From: Octopus sinensis
Taxonomy: Eukaryota
Direction of reading: 5' to 3'
DNA length: 64,000 nucleotides
NCBI RefSeq assembly: GCF_006345805.1
Contig: NC_043002.1
Coordinates: 11,470,001-11,534,000, forward strand
Shown here: positions 1 to 11,604 of the stretch, piece after piece
Position numbering within the stretch: the first letter of the stretch is position 1
Layout of the letters: each line of letters starts with the position of its first letter
The notes under the pieces: model-generated
The model's input: only the letters and a program-made list of their open reading frames with translations
Told to the model about the DNA's origin: nothing
Databases searched by the model: none
Made by a program: the position numbers and the translations under genes

Positions 1-134
1 TTTCGAGAATGTTAGTCTCTGATGTATCGTATTCGATTGAGGGTTTGCAGACGATAAAAACAAAAGCAACACTGTCTTAGCATTTATTCTTTTACTTGTT
101 TCAGTCATTTGTCTGCAGCCATGTTTGGACACAA

Positions 135-212
135 GGACACAACGCGCCGCCCGGAATCGAACGCATGGCTTTAAGATCGTGAGCCAAATACACGAACCAC
201 GAAGCCATGCGT
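135..212 (-). mobile_element. tRNA-derived SINE head fragment
   Basis: Reverse complement reads gcatggcttcgtggttcgtg...gcgttcgattccgggcggcgcgttgtgtcc, with A-box-like and B-box (gttcgattcc) motifs followed by SINE body rather than a tRNA acceptor stem. Confidence 0.65.
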
Positions 213-237
213 CTTCAAACGCACATACATACATCAT

Positions 238-490
238 TATCTTTTACTCTTTTACTTGTTTCAATCATTTGACTGTGGTCATACTGGAGCACTGCCTTTA
301 GTCGAGCAAATCGACCCTAGGACTTATTCTTTGTGAGCCAAGTACTTGTTTTATCGGTCTCTTGTGCCAAACCGCTAAGTTACGGGATCGTAAACACACC
401 AACATCGGTTGTCAAGCGATTGTGGGGTGACAAACACAGATACACACACACACACGCACACACACGCACACACACGCACACACACGCACA

Positions 491-540
<50 letters not shown>
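238..540 (-). mobile_element. SINE family A, 3' half, running into (CA)n
   Basis: Matches the 3' half of the full copies at 2561-2967 and 27645-28052 (cttttacttgtttcagtcatttgactg...gtcaagcgat). Confidence 0.9.
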
Positions 541-542
<2 letters not shown>

Positions 543-666
543 ACATCATTCCGGTGCGTATAGAACAAGTTTTAAGGAAATACAGGGATTGGTATGAATT
601 GTTTCTTTCTCCTAACTTCACTGTGGTTTTCTGCCAGTGTTAGAAATCCTTATTTATATTTTACAG

Positions 667-818
667 CCCAAATATGGGGAAATCTTATTTCCTCGTTGAT
701 ACTCGGCCAGAACACTAATCAACATTCAGATTTCAACTCGTCGAATAGATCCTGTGGCGCTAATTATGATTTAAATGCCGGTGGTCCGCCACCAATTTCC
801 TCTGTAGACGAACATCAG
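667..818 (+). CDS. UNC93A: Internal exon of an UNC-93-like (UNC93A family) MFS membrane protein
   Basis: Acceptor ttttacag at 659-666, putative branch cctaac near 611, donor CAG|gtaaga at 819. Phase 1 to phase 0. Encodes (x)QIWGNLISSLILGQNTNQHSDFNSSNRSCGANYDLNAGGPPPISSVDEHQ, matching the UNC-93 family motif WGNLISSLV/I...SCGA (recalled). Paralogue identity is uncertain. Confidence 0.85.
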
Positions 819-886
819 GTAAGAGAAATTGTACATAAATATTTCAGTCGTATACTCAGAGTATCTAAGTATTATGTAACCTAAAG

Positions 887-1371
887 CAGTGGTTCCCAAA
901 GTGGACAGTACTTTCCCCTTGGGAGCGGTGGAAAGATCCAAGGGGTGTTGGAGATAAGTGGGATGATAACTGGGTGCCAAAAATGGGGTGATAGATGTAA
1001 AAAAAATATTGATAGGTTAATTAGGTTTAAGTTTTATTTGTGAAATACATTTTTAAAAAATTTGCTGCAGAAAGTGGTCTATATTCGTGGTGGGGAGGAT
1101 GAGGTACTTACTTGTACTTGTGGCGACATTTACCCTGGGCGGGTTGAGTTAGCTTCTTCTACCACCCTCGATGCATCTCGAACCATGGCAGCCCACGCAC
1201 GACGGTCCTGCGCCAGTTCACTGGAGATAGCGAGCCAGTCACGGTTCCATCGGCGCAGGCCGACCACCTGCGGCCCCGTGAGCACGGCGAGGTCCTTCTT
1301 GATCGTCGGATGAGGTGGGGTGTCAGGAATGTGGCCTGGGTTCCAATGTGGAGCAGCCTGAAAAAAGTTTG
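887..1371 (+). mobile_element. hAT-type non-autonomous DNA transposon with degraded right TIR
   Basis: Starts with the hAT-type terminus cagtggttcccaaa. Flanks acctaaag (879-886) and gtctaaag (1372-1379) resemble an 8-bp TSD. Related terminus at 43093-43106. Confidence 0.65.
1106..1307 (-). mobile_element. 5'-truncated RTE-clade LINE 3' end
   Basis: Encodes TIKKDLAVLTGPQVVGLRRWNRDWLAISSELAQDRRAWAAMVRDA...TRPG*, has a caagta-type tail, and a perfect 9-bp TSD ggatgaggt at 1097-1105 and 1308-1316. Confidence 0.9.
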
Positions 1372-1468
1372 GTCTAAAGTACACTAAGCAGTTATGTGCT
1401 GACAGAATACTTTGTATCATACTTTTTGATCCTGGAATATAAATGTTATTTGCTAAATACTATGTTAC

Positions 1469-1853
1469 GTGGATGCGCAATGGCCCAGTGGTTAGGGCTG
1501 TGGACTCGCGGTCATAGGATCGCGATTTCGATTCCCAAACCGGAGTTATGAGTGTTTATTGAGCGAAATCACTTAAAAGCTCCACGAGGCTTCAGCAGGG
1601 GGTGGTGGCAAACCCTGCTGTACTCTTTCACCACAACTTTGTCTCACTCTTTCTTCCTGTTTCTCTGGTACCTGTATTTCAAAGGGCCAACCTTATCATT
1701 CTCTGTGTCACGCTGAATCTCCCTGAGAACTACGTTAAGGGTACACGGGTCTGTGGAGTGTTCAGTCACTTGCACGTTAATTTCACGAGCAGGCTGTTCC
1801 GTTGATCGGATCAACCGGAACCCTCGTCGTCGTAACCGACGGAGTGCCGTAGA
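1469..1853 (+). mobile_element. tRNA-derived SINE family C, full length
   Basis: Head tggcccagtggttagg...tttcgattccc. 7-bp TSD atgttac at 1462-1468 and 1854-1860. Head also seen at 3823-3889. Confidence 0.85.
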
Positions 1854-2244
1854 ATGTTACAAACGTATAAAAAATGGCTATATTTCTTCCAAACTTCGTT
1901 TTTTTTTAACCTTATAGGAAAAACAGGTGAATTTGCATATTTTCATTTTGGCTGGCATGCTAACGATTCGGCCTGCTTGCTGCCTTTCTTTATATAAATG
2001 CTGGTATTACCGGATAGTTATAGAACATAACAGCAAGTTCTAGAAAGGTCTTGGAAATTCTCGAAAGCTCAAGAAAAATTGTCTACTAGCTTTTCAGTAC
2101 CAAATCTTGGAGGAATGTTTTGGAAAATGGGTGAATTTCAAAATGTAATCCCAAGACCATAGAAGCAAAGTTTGAGGAGAATAATAGCCATTTCCTCTAC
2201 ATCTTAGGCATATGCAGTAAAGAAATAACACTTATACAATCTGC

Positions 2245-2551
2245 AGTTTGTTTGTTCCTTCTCGAGCCATGCCTGGCTCATAAGGGCCGGTTTCCCGGTT
2301 TCCATGGCGTATAGGTTCCCCACCTGGACGGGACGCCGGTCCGTCGCAGGTGAGCTGCAAGATGCAGGAGGAAAGAGTGAGAGAAAGTTGTGGCGAAGGA
2401 GTCAGCAGAAGTTTTGCCATTACCTTCTGCCGGAGTCGCGTGGAGCTTAGGTGTTTTCGCTCATAAACATAAACATCGCCAGTCTGAGATTCGAACCCGC
2501 GATCCCCGACCGCGAGTCCGCTGCTCTAACCACTAGGCCATGTGCCTCCAC
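2245..2551 (-). mobile_element. tRNA-derived SINE family D, full length
   Basis: Head tggcctagtggttagagc...gggttcgaatct. 9-bp TSD acaatctgc at 2236-2244 and 2552-2560. Close copies at 10155 and 55617. Confidence 0.9.
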
Positions 2552-2560
2552 ACAATCTGC

Positions 2561-2768
2561 TTTTACTTGTTTCAGTCATTTGACGGCGACCATGCTGGAG
2601 CACCGCCTTTAGTCGAACAAATAGACCCCCACGACTTATTCTTTGTAAGCCTAGTACTAATTCTATCGGGCTCTTTTGCCGAACCGCTAAGTTACAGGGA
2701 CGTAGACACACGCCATCTGTTGTCAAGCGATGTTGGGGGTACAAACAGACACACAAACATACACACGC

Positions 2769-2801
<33 letters not shown>

Positions 2802-2967
2802 TACGACGGGCTTCATTCAGTTTCCGTCTACCAAGTCCACTCACAAGGCTTTGGTCGGCCCGAGGCTGTAGTAGAAGACACTTGCCCAATGTGCCACGCA
2901 GTGGGAATGAACCCGGAACCATGCGGTTTGTAAGCAAGCTACTTACCACACAGCCACTCCTGCGCCT
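2561..2967 (-). mobile_element. tRNA-derived SINE family A, full length
   Basis: Sense strand: tRNA-like head (ggctgtgtggtaag...gggttcattccc), body, central (TA/TG)n linker, and 3' part ending gaaacaagtaaaag. About 20 copies in the window. Confidence 0.9.
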
Positions 2968-2974
2968 TTCATGA

Positions 2975-3380
2975 TCAATTCCTTTCCACTCCATATTCCC
3001 TGTTGCAGAATCTTTGAATCTCAATCTTGGGTCTTCTATGGCTTCTTTTTCGCCCCTTGCATATTTGGGAGTAAAAGTGTTGCCTGGGGTGTCCACAGTT
3101 GTCCATCCTGTGTAGGATCCTCAGCTAACGCATATTTCTATCTTAGGCATATACAACACGGAAATAACATTTTCTACTCAGTAATACATAGACTTATTGA
3201 CATTTCTGGACTCAGCTGTTCTATTTCCCTCATCTATATAACTCTCGTATGTAGTTACTATGTTATTTCGTAGCACTTGACGGCATTAACAAAACGGTTA
3301 ATCCTCTTTGGTCAACTTAGCTCTCGTGCTAAGCATCAAGGCCGTTTATACTCTGTCGTAAGATTACCCTAATAACTCAC
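2975..3380 (-). mobile_element. Decayed RTE-clade LINE ORF fragment
   Basis: Minus strand gives RNMR*LRILHRMDNCGHPRQHFYSQICKGRKRSHRRP/RLRFKD, matching the RTE motif LRWxGHxxRM...PxQxxYSQ...RGRPRLRFKD. Contains stops and frameshifts, and the upstream extent is uncertain. Confidence 0.7.
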
Positions 3381-3652
3381 TTGAATACCTACAAGATAAA
3401 TCTGAAGACACGGGAATTAGTATCGCTTAATTGAGCTCTGTGGCGAAGCTCTTGCTTCCAAGCCATTTATGATTTCGAGGCTGCTAGGATCAATATCTTG
3501 AAAGGGGGGGGGGGTGTCCAGAGTTGAGTTAGGACCAATCTAATTCCAGATATAATAGATCCCTACTGCAACAGGATCTGCAAATTCCGAATTTCCACAT
3601 GAGACAACAGGATAAAAAAATTAAACTATAAAAATTGTTAAAACCTTTTAGT

Positions 3653-3889
3653 TGACGGAATTGACCCAGGGCTTATTCTTGGTAAGCCTGGTACTTATTC
3701 TATCGGTCTCTTTTATGGGGACATAAGCACACCAATATCGGTTGTTAAACGATAGTGATGTGGGGGGGGATAAACACGCACACGCACACACACACACATA
3801 CACACACACACATACACACATATATGGAGGCGTAATGGCCCAGTGGTTAGGGCAGCGGACTCACGGTCAGAAGATTGTGGTTTCGATTC
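3653..3889. mobile_element. Partial SINE A (-) followed by SINE C head (+), truncated by the gap
   Basis: Homology to the copies at 2561 and 1469. Confidence 0.75.
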
Positions 3890-3989
3890 NNNNNNNNNNN
3901 NNNNNNNNNNNNNNNNNNNNNNNNNNNNNNNNNNNNNNNNNNNNNNNNNNNNNNNNNNNNNNNNNNNNNNNNNNNNNNNNNNNNNNNNN
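3890..3989. other. Assembly gap (100 N)
   Basis: Run of exactly 100 N, which is usually a placeholder of unknown true size. Confidence 0.98.
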
Positions 3990-4021
3990 TGTTTCTACGG
4001 CTGGATGCCCTTCCTAACGCC

Positions 4022-4055
<34 letters not shown>

Positions 4056-4753
4056 ATATATATATATATATATACACATAGGTAAAATATACATAAAAGC
4101 ATACATGTATATGTTTGTGTGTGTGTATGTGTGTACATGTACTGGGGGAGAGAAAGAGAAATAGAGAAGGAAAGAGACAGAAAGAAAGATAGGCAGTGAG
4201 AGAGAGAGTGAGTGATAATACATGGAGAGTACCTGAGGAGGGAAAAGAGTACATTGAAGAGGAGGTAGAGGCTGAGGTGGAAGCAGAGGAAGAGGAGGAC
4301 GAAAGAGAAGAAGAGGGGGAAGTGGAAGAGGCAGAAGAGAAAGGGGAGGAAGTGGAGGAGGAGGAAGAAGCAGGAAGTGAAGGAGGTGGAAGAGAAAGAG
4401 GAGGCAGAAGAGAGAGGCTGTACACAGCTGATAAAGAATAATAAAACTGGATTAGGGAAGAAAAGGTAAACAGCAACCACAACAACAACACGGATACAAA
4501 CAACAACAACAACATCATTATTTGAAGATTAATTATCAGGGTTTTTTTACACAGAACATTATTATTATTTTTTTACGTTCAGTTTGTTTTTTTCCAGGAG
4601 TATAAATAAAATATGAGATTGTAGTTAATTATTTTTCATTATATTTTTATATCATTAGGCTATATTTTGGGCTGGTTTATGTGTGCGTGCATTATATAAT
4701 ATATATATATATATATTATATATAATATATATATATACATCTCAATAGGTAGG

Positions 4754-4784
<31 letters not shown>

Positions 4785-5022
4785 CTAATAGATATATAGA
4801 TATATATATATATATAAACATATATATGTATATAAACATATATATGTATATATGTATATACATATATAATTCTATATATAAATACATACACCATACACAC
4901 ACACGCACATAGATATTTATATATATATAAATAAATACATACATATGCACACACATATATGAATATAAATACTTATATATAAAAATACAAATTCATATAT
5001 ATTTATACATATATATATATAT

Positions 5023-5392
5023 TTTATTCTTTTACTTGTTTCAATCATTTGACTGTGGCCATGCTGGAGCTCCAACTTTAGTCGAACAAATCAACCCCAA
5101 ATAAGCCTAGTACTTATTCTGTCAGTCTCTTTGTCAAACCACTAAGTTACAGGGACGTAAACATACCAACGTCGGTTGTCAAGTGACTGTGGGGAAACGA
5201 GCACAGACATACAAACATACGTATATATACACAACAGGCTTCTTTCAGTTTCCATCTACCAAATCTACTTGCAAGGCTTTGGTCAGCCAGATAGTATAGT
5301 AGAAGACACTTGCCTAAGGTGCCATGTAGTGGGACTGAATCTGGAACCATGTCGTTGGTAAGCAAGCTACTTATCATACACCCACTTCTGCA
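5023..5392 (-). mobile_element. SINE family A
   Basis: Collinear homology to 2561-2967. Confidence 0.85.
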
Positions 5393-6414
5393 TGTGTGTG
5401 TGTGTGCGCATGCCTGCATGTGCGTGTGCATTCATTTATTCATTACCTACCACCAAGCCTAGTATGTGCTCTAATGCTGCACCTCCTATATTAACTCTCT
5501 GCGTATCTCCCTTTTACTCCCTCTTGCTCTCTGTGCAATGTAAAGCATATCTGGTGAAACCAGCCCCTCACCCACCCAACCACCCAACCAACCAGCCAGA
5601 CAGCCAGCTGACTGTTCTGCAGCAACAATTTCTTGAAGGCTTTCATAGAAGATGCCTGCCCAAAGTTTTGTACTGTGAGACTGACCCTGTAACTATGTGG
5701 TTTGTAAAAGAAAGCTTTTTAATCGCACAGCCTGGAATTAAAAATGAAATTAAGATCACAAATCCTTTCAATGGAGACCATTAAGAATAAACTCCACTGG
5801 CAGCTGATGAAACTATAAATATAACTGAAACAGCAGCTGAAGATGATCCTCTTTTTTATACTGATAGTGAGATTTTATGCGTAAAGATACCAAATTTTAT
5901 CTGTCAGTGCATATAATTCATTATTTACATTATTTACTCATTTGTGTCTGGAGAGAGTCAAGAAAAGACACAACAAGGTATTTTGGTATGTATGCATGCA
6001 TGTATGCTTGTATACATGCAGATTTGTATGTTTTGTTTTATGCATGTATTCTCATGCATATAGCCACATATCTAGACACGTTCTTTTACTGTGCCAAAAT
6101 TTGAAAGTAGTGAAGTGCTAAAAGTTCCATTGCTGAAAACCATGGCCTGGTCACTGACAACATTTGTGCTGCACAAATAAACACACATACACAGACAGAT
6201 ACATACATATATATACACATAGAAGCATGCATACACACAGAGATAAATAAATATATGTATATACACAGACAAGCATACACATATACACACACAGATAGAT
6301 ACATATATATATATACACACAAGCATACACACACACAAAGATAAATACATATTTATATATATATACACACACACACACACAAGCATACACACACACACAC
6401 ACACAGAGAAATAT

Positions 6415-6956
6415 ATTCTTTTATCTTTTCATTTGTTTCAGTCATTTGACTGTGGCCATGCTGGAGCACAGCCGTTTAGTCGAACAACTCAACCCCAGGA
6501 CTTATTCTTTGTAAGCCTAGTACTTATTCTACCAGTCACTTTTGCAGAACTACTAAGTCATGGGGATGTAAACACACCAACATCGGCTGTCAAGCGATGG
6601 TGGTGGGGAGGGCAAACAGACACACAAATATACAACGGGCTCCTTTCAGTTTCTGTCTATCACTTCTACTACGGCCCGAGTCTATAGTAGAAGACACTCA
6701 CCCAAGGTGCCATGCAGAGGACTGAACCCGGAACCATGTGGTTGGGAAGCAAGCTTCTTAACCACATGTCCAATACTCTCTCTCTCTCTTTTACTTGTTT
6801 CAGTCACCTTTAGCTGAGCAAATCACCTCCAGGACTTATTCTTTGTCAGCCTAGTACTTACTCTATCAGTCTCCTTTGCCGAACCACTAAGTAACGGAGA
6901 CGTAAACACACCAGCATGGGTTGTCAAGTGATGTTAGGGGGACAAATAGAAAAACA

Positions 6957-6990
<34 letters not shown>

Positions 6991-7170
6991 ACATATATAT
7001 ATATATATGATGGGCGTCTTTCAGTTTCTATCTACCAAAACCACTTAAAAGGCTTTGGTCAGCCCGAGGCTATAGTAGAAGACACTTGCCCAAGTTGTCA
7101 TGCAGTGGGACTGAACCCAGAGCCATGTGGTTGGTAAGCAAGCTACTTGCCACACAGCCACTCTTACGCC
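6415..7170 (-). mobile_element. Two adjacent SINE A copies (about 6415-6770 and 6789-7170)
   Basis: Each is collinear with 2561-2967. Confidence 0.85.
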
Positions 7171-7781
7171 TAATATATACACATATGTACACATAACATA
7201 ATATTTTCTAAAATACAATGTAATCTTCCCAGAACAGAATTTATTTTTGTGAAGTTATATCACAGCTGTAGTTTTAAATTCAAAACCAAAGTAAACCTGC
7301 TTTTCGGTGATTTACAATTTAGAGGTTTTTTTTATTAAAATGGGGGGATCGGGAGGGGGGGGTTGGAGATGGTGCAGCCAACAGAAGCAAAGAGATGAGA
7401 AGGGAAGCCAAAAATATAATATATTCAAAGGGTTAAATTAATTAAAACTGAAAATATCATCAACATCCGTTGAAATCCCTCAATATTCATGGAAAGAGTC
7501 TTATGCAGATTAGCGGAAAAGTGGGAGAAGAGAGAAAACGGTGGCGCTGTATGGATTTGATTTGGAAAATTCACTTATGAAATTATCTTTTTACTGATTA
7601 AGATAAAGAATTTAATAAAAACAAAAACAAAAAAAAAATCAACAAAGAGACAAAACAAATAAATGGAAAATAAGCAAAAAAACCAAAAATTATTTTAATT
7701 ATCACTTATATCAGCTACAGACAACAACAAATGATTAAAATTTGAGGTAGTAGTTATTAAAATTTTTCTTATTCTTGTTGT

Positions 7782-7802
7782 TGTTATTATTATTATTATT
7801 AC

Positions 7803-7897
<95 letters not shown>
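7782..7897. repeat. (TTA)n microsatellite
   Basis: Near-perfect tract, source of the poly-I and poly-N pseudo-ORFs. Confidence 0.95.
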
Positions 7898-7898
<1 letters not shown>

Positions 7899-8491
7899 AA
7901 ATAAAGCAAAAACTTGCAGGCAAAAAGTAAATAAATGGATCATATCAGAATATTAATTTTTAATTCATATATTTGCATAACAATGATAAAAGAATAAGAG
8001 ACTCTTTATCTCTTAACACATGTTAAGGCTCCCCTTCCCTGACCACCACCGCCAACAAAACCACCATCACCACCACCACCACCACCACCAAACGGAGATT
8101 GTCCTACATATTTTTTTTTAAGATTAACTATTTATCTAGATAAGTTAGTGTTAATGTATTTAATATAAGGGAACATTAAAAAAAAAATGCTGATTAAAAA
8201 TAAGGTGGAGGTGGGTGGATAGGGTGGGTAGATGGGGGTACTAGAAGGACTAGTAGTATTAATCAATGACTAATATTTGTTTTCATGTTTCTAGCAAATG
8301 CATAAGATAACCCTGGGCATGTTTTTGTATTATTCTGACCTTATCAGTGAAATTTAGCCTTGACCATAATACTTTCTGAAACAGTAATGGAAAGAATCAC
8401 TTAGTTAATATAGATGATTATGCACGTGGTTTGTCTAACTGATTGCCTATGTGCCTGTCAATCTGCCCATGTCTGTCTGTCTGTGTGTCTG

Positions 8492-8552
<61 letters not shown>

Positions 8553-8625
8553 TTGTCTCTCCAAGGACTGTGGGTGTCTTGAGTTGTTCCACAGTTCACA
8601 AATAAATCTTTTTTTCTAAACAGTA

Positions 8626-9014
8626 GGGGCAGGCATAGCTGTTTGGTAAGAAGCTTGCTTCCCAACCACATGGTTCCAGGTTCAGTTCCCTGCGTGGCAC
8701 CTTAGGCAAATGTCTTGTACTATAGCCTCGGGCTGAGCAATGCCATGTGAGTGGATTTGGTAGACAGTAATTGAAAAAAGCACATCACATATGTTTGTGT
8801 GTGTGTGTGTGTGTTTGTGTGTTTCTGTTTGTGCCCCCCCCCCAACTTCGCTTGACAATTGATGTTGGTGTGTTTATATCCCCTAATCTAGCAATTCAGC
8901 AAAAGAGACTGATATAAGTACCAGTTTCACAAAAAATAAGTCCTGGGGTCAATGCATTCAACTAAAGGCGGCGCTCCAGCATGGCCACAGTCAAATGACT
9001 GAAACAAGTAAAAG
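8626..9014 (+). mobile_element. SINE family A
   Basis: Full head-body-tail in sense orientation. Confidence 0.85.
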
Positions 9015-9059
9015 TACAGAAGAATAAAATAATGACGTACCAAATTTTGTCTCAAGACA

Positions 9060-9790
9060 AACAATTTTAGTAGGGGAGACATACTCAACTGTATCAACAG
9101 TGGTACTTCACTGGTATTTATTTTATCAACCCGAAAAGTTGACTAGGCAAAACTGGACTTAGCAGAGTTTGAACTAAGAATGTAAACTCCTAGAAGAAAT
9201 GTCAGGAAGCATTTTATCTGATGCATTAACAATTCTGCCAGCTCAGTTTTCTGCATATAATGATAATTTTTCTGCTTTAGGCTCAAGGCTCGACGTTTTG
9301 GAGAGTGGAGCTAGTTGATTACATTGACCCCCAGTGCTCAGCTAGTCCTTATTTTACTGACACTGGGAGAATGAGAGCAAAGTTGACCTCGATGGGATCT
9401 GTACTCAGAACATAAGACTAGATGAAATGTCAATAAGAATTTTATCTGATATTAATGATTCAGGCAGCTTGTCTTGATAATAATAATGATAAGGAACCTT
9501 TTGAGTGGGATGGGCTACTCATCCTGAAAAAAATTCTAACTGGGCCCCATCTGCAAGGACATGTGTTGTTTAACTTGATATGAGATCACCATGTCATGCA
9601 CATGTAAATTTGTACCCCAGTATCACTTTGATGGCATGCACTGATAATGGTTTCAAATTTTGGCACAAGACCTGAAATTTTGAAGAGGGGTTAAATCAAT
9701 TTCATCAATCCCAAAGGGTGAAAAAAATAACAAAGTGAACCTCTGAGGAATTTGAATTCAGAATGTGGAAGTTGGACAAAATGTCAAAAA
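9060..9790 (-). mobile_element. Cluster of three decayed SINE family B copies
   Basis: Repeated motif tttgaactcagaatgt plus ...attctgccagctc and ttattttatcgacccc-like motifs, homologous to 61135-61370. Confidence 0.75.
9493..9642. mobile_element. Internally deleted fragment of the (TAA)n-associated element G
   Basis: Homologous to 17850-18065 (gagtgggatggg...ctaactgggcccc...gatatgagatcacc...tttgatggcatgcact). Confidence 0.75.
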
Positions 9791-10154
9791 TGATAATGAT
9801 TTCTTCTTTTTACCAGCAGAGACCTTGCCATTCCATGTGGGGGTTGAAAGTGTCGATGAAGGCTTGGCTGATAAGGAAAGCGTCTATCTTTGTTCCTTTT
9901 AGCATAGTCCACCACACAACCTCAGACAGAGGAAAGCTGTGTGCCCTTCTTGTTCAAAAAGATGGTGGGCTGATCTTATGGATGGAATCAGCCAACAGCT
10001 GAATCAGTGCTAAGTATGACAGCAACAACTTGACAAAAACTCTGCGAATCAGCAATGATTGCAGAACAGTTTTGTTGCTCGGCGCACATCTTGAGTAGGG
10101 GTCGGCGAGCTGGCAGAATCATCAGAACGCCGAAGAAAATCCTTAGCAAAATTT

Positions 10155-10436
10155 TGTGGAGGTACATGGCCTAGTGGTTAGAGCAGCGGACTCACAGCTG
10201 AGGGATCGCAGGTTCGAATCTAAGGCAATGTGTGTGTTTATGAGTGAAGCACCTAAGCTCCACGCAGCTCTGGCAGAAGGTAAGGGTGAACTTCTGCTGA
10301 CTCTTTCGTCACAACTTTCTCTCTCTCTTTCCTCCTGCATCTTGCGGCTCACCTGCGACAGGTGGGGAACCTATATGCCATGGAAAATGGGAAACCAGCC
10401 CTTATGAGCCAGGCATGGCTTGAGAAGGAACAAACT
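10155..10436 (+). mobile_element. SINE family D
   Basis: Collinear with 2245-2551 and 55617-55912. Confidence 0.88.
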
Positions 10437-11278
10437 TGAGCAGACATAGCTGAGGCACCACCACTTCTGTAGAGTTTCTTCTGAACTGGCAGTGCCCATT
10501 AGTAGCACTGTCCAAGGTGCCATGCAGCAGGAATGAACCTGAAACCATGTGGTTAGAAGCAAGCTTCTTACCCACACAGCCATGTCTGCATCTTTGATAA
10601 TACTGATAAACATGTGTTTTGTTTACTAATGATAAAACAGTGTTGTAGTTAAGAAAAACGAAACACAAAATAAAACACACACAAACCTCAAGACAAAAGC
10701 GATAATAGATATAAAATGGCACAATAGAATAACAAAATCCATAAAAGGAATACATGAGTAGATGAAGAACAAAGTATATGGGAATGGAAATAATATAACA
10801 AAACAGTAAGAATAGATGATGTGAATAACAGAATGCGCAGACAGACAGAATATGGAATATGTGAATGCATTTAGTATAGAGACACAAATTTCGGAATAAC
10901 ATAGCCAGAATATATTATATACACAAACGATTAGAAGACAGTGGAATATAAATGAATGGAATGCTGCAATGTATCAAGGAATTATCAAAATACAACGGAA
11001 TTGTAGACAACTTGAAAAAGTTATCTAAACAGAAAAACAAAACCAAAAATGGCTTTCCTGGTTATCTTCATCAACTGGAATTTTGTAATTTTATTTTTAT
11101 TTATCGTTTATCTGTTATCTCTTGCTTGTTTTCAGTCATTAGCTGGTGGTCATGCTGGGGCACAGCTTTGGAGTATTTAAGTCGAATGAATTGAAACCAA
11201 TGCTTCAATTTGGTACATATTCTATCAGTCCCTTTTGCCGGAACACGGCATTGTGGGGATGTAAACACACCAACACTG

Positions 11279-11483
11279 TTCTATATTTAAGAAATGAGTA
11301 ATTATGTACATTACTTACATTATTTACATTTGACGAATATTTGTCCTCATCTTTGTTGTTAACACAACATTTCGGCTGGTATACCTGCCAGCCTTCATCG
11401 GGTGTCTTGGGGAAATTTTGAACCGGGGTTCTCATTCCTAAGGTATTTTTCAATGTTGTTATTATTATTATTATTATTACTAT

Positions 11484-11521
<38 letters not shown>

Positions 11522-11604
11522 TTCAGGTCACTGCCTGGAATCGAACTTGGAATCTTCCCCAAGACACCTGAGTACAAATATCCGTCAAATGTAAATAATG
11601 TAAA
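11279..11604 (-). mobile_element. Non-autonomous Penelope-type element: tRNA-like B-box fragment + (AAT/AGT)n + PLE terminus + inverted partial terminus
   Basis: Minus strand: aagattccaagttcgattccagg (11521-11556), triplet tract, then a terminus carrying a hammerhead-like motif. Inverted repeat 11313-11344 vs 11574-11603. 9-bp TSD with 1 mismatch. Confidence 0.7.
11361..11406 (-). ncRNA. Minimal type I hammerhead-ribozyme motif (PLE type), mutated core
   Basis: GACAC-CCGATGA-A-GGCTGG-caggtata-CCAGCC-GAAA-TGTT-GTGTT. Helix I GACAC/GTGTT and a 6-bp helix II. Core differs from CUGAUGA by U4C. Confidence 0.65.

Noticed and set aside
1469-1545. tRNA genes at SINE heads (also 2480-2551, 10155, 55617)
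   Set aside because: They have A/B boxes but no complete acceptor stem or terminator, and continue into repeated SINE bodies with TSDs.
4196-4441. Acidic Glu-rich ORF
   Set aside because: Purine-rich low-complexity tract with no splice context or recognisable domain.
9763-10002. LLVQKDGGLILW resembling the LTR-retrotransposon RT motif KKDGxLRLC
   Set aside because: Single short motif with no supporting flanking RT motifs.
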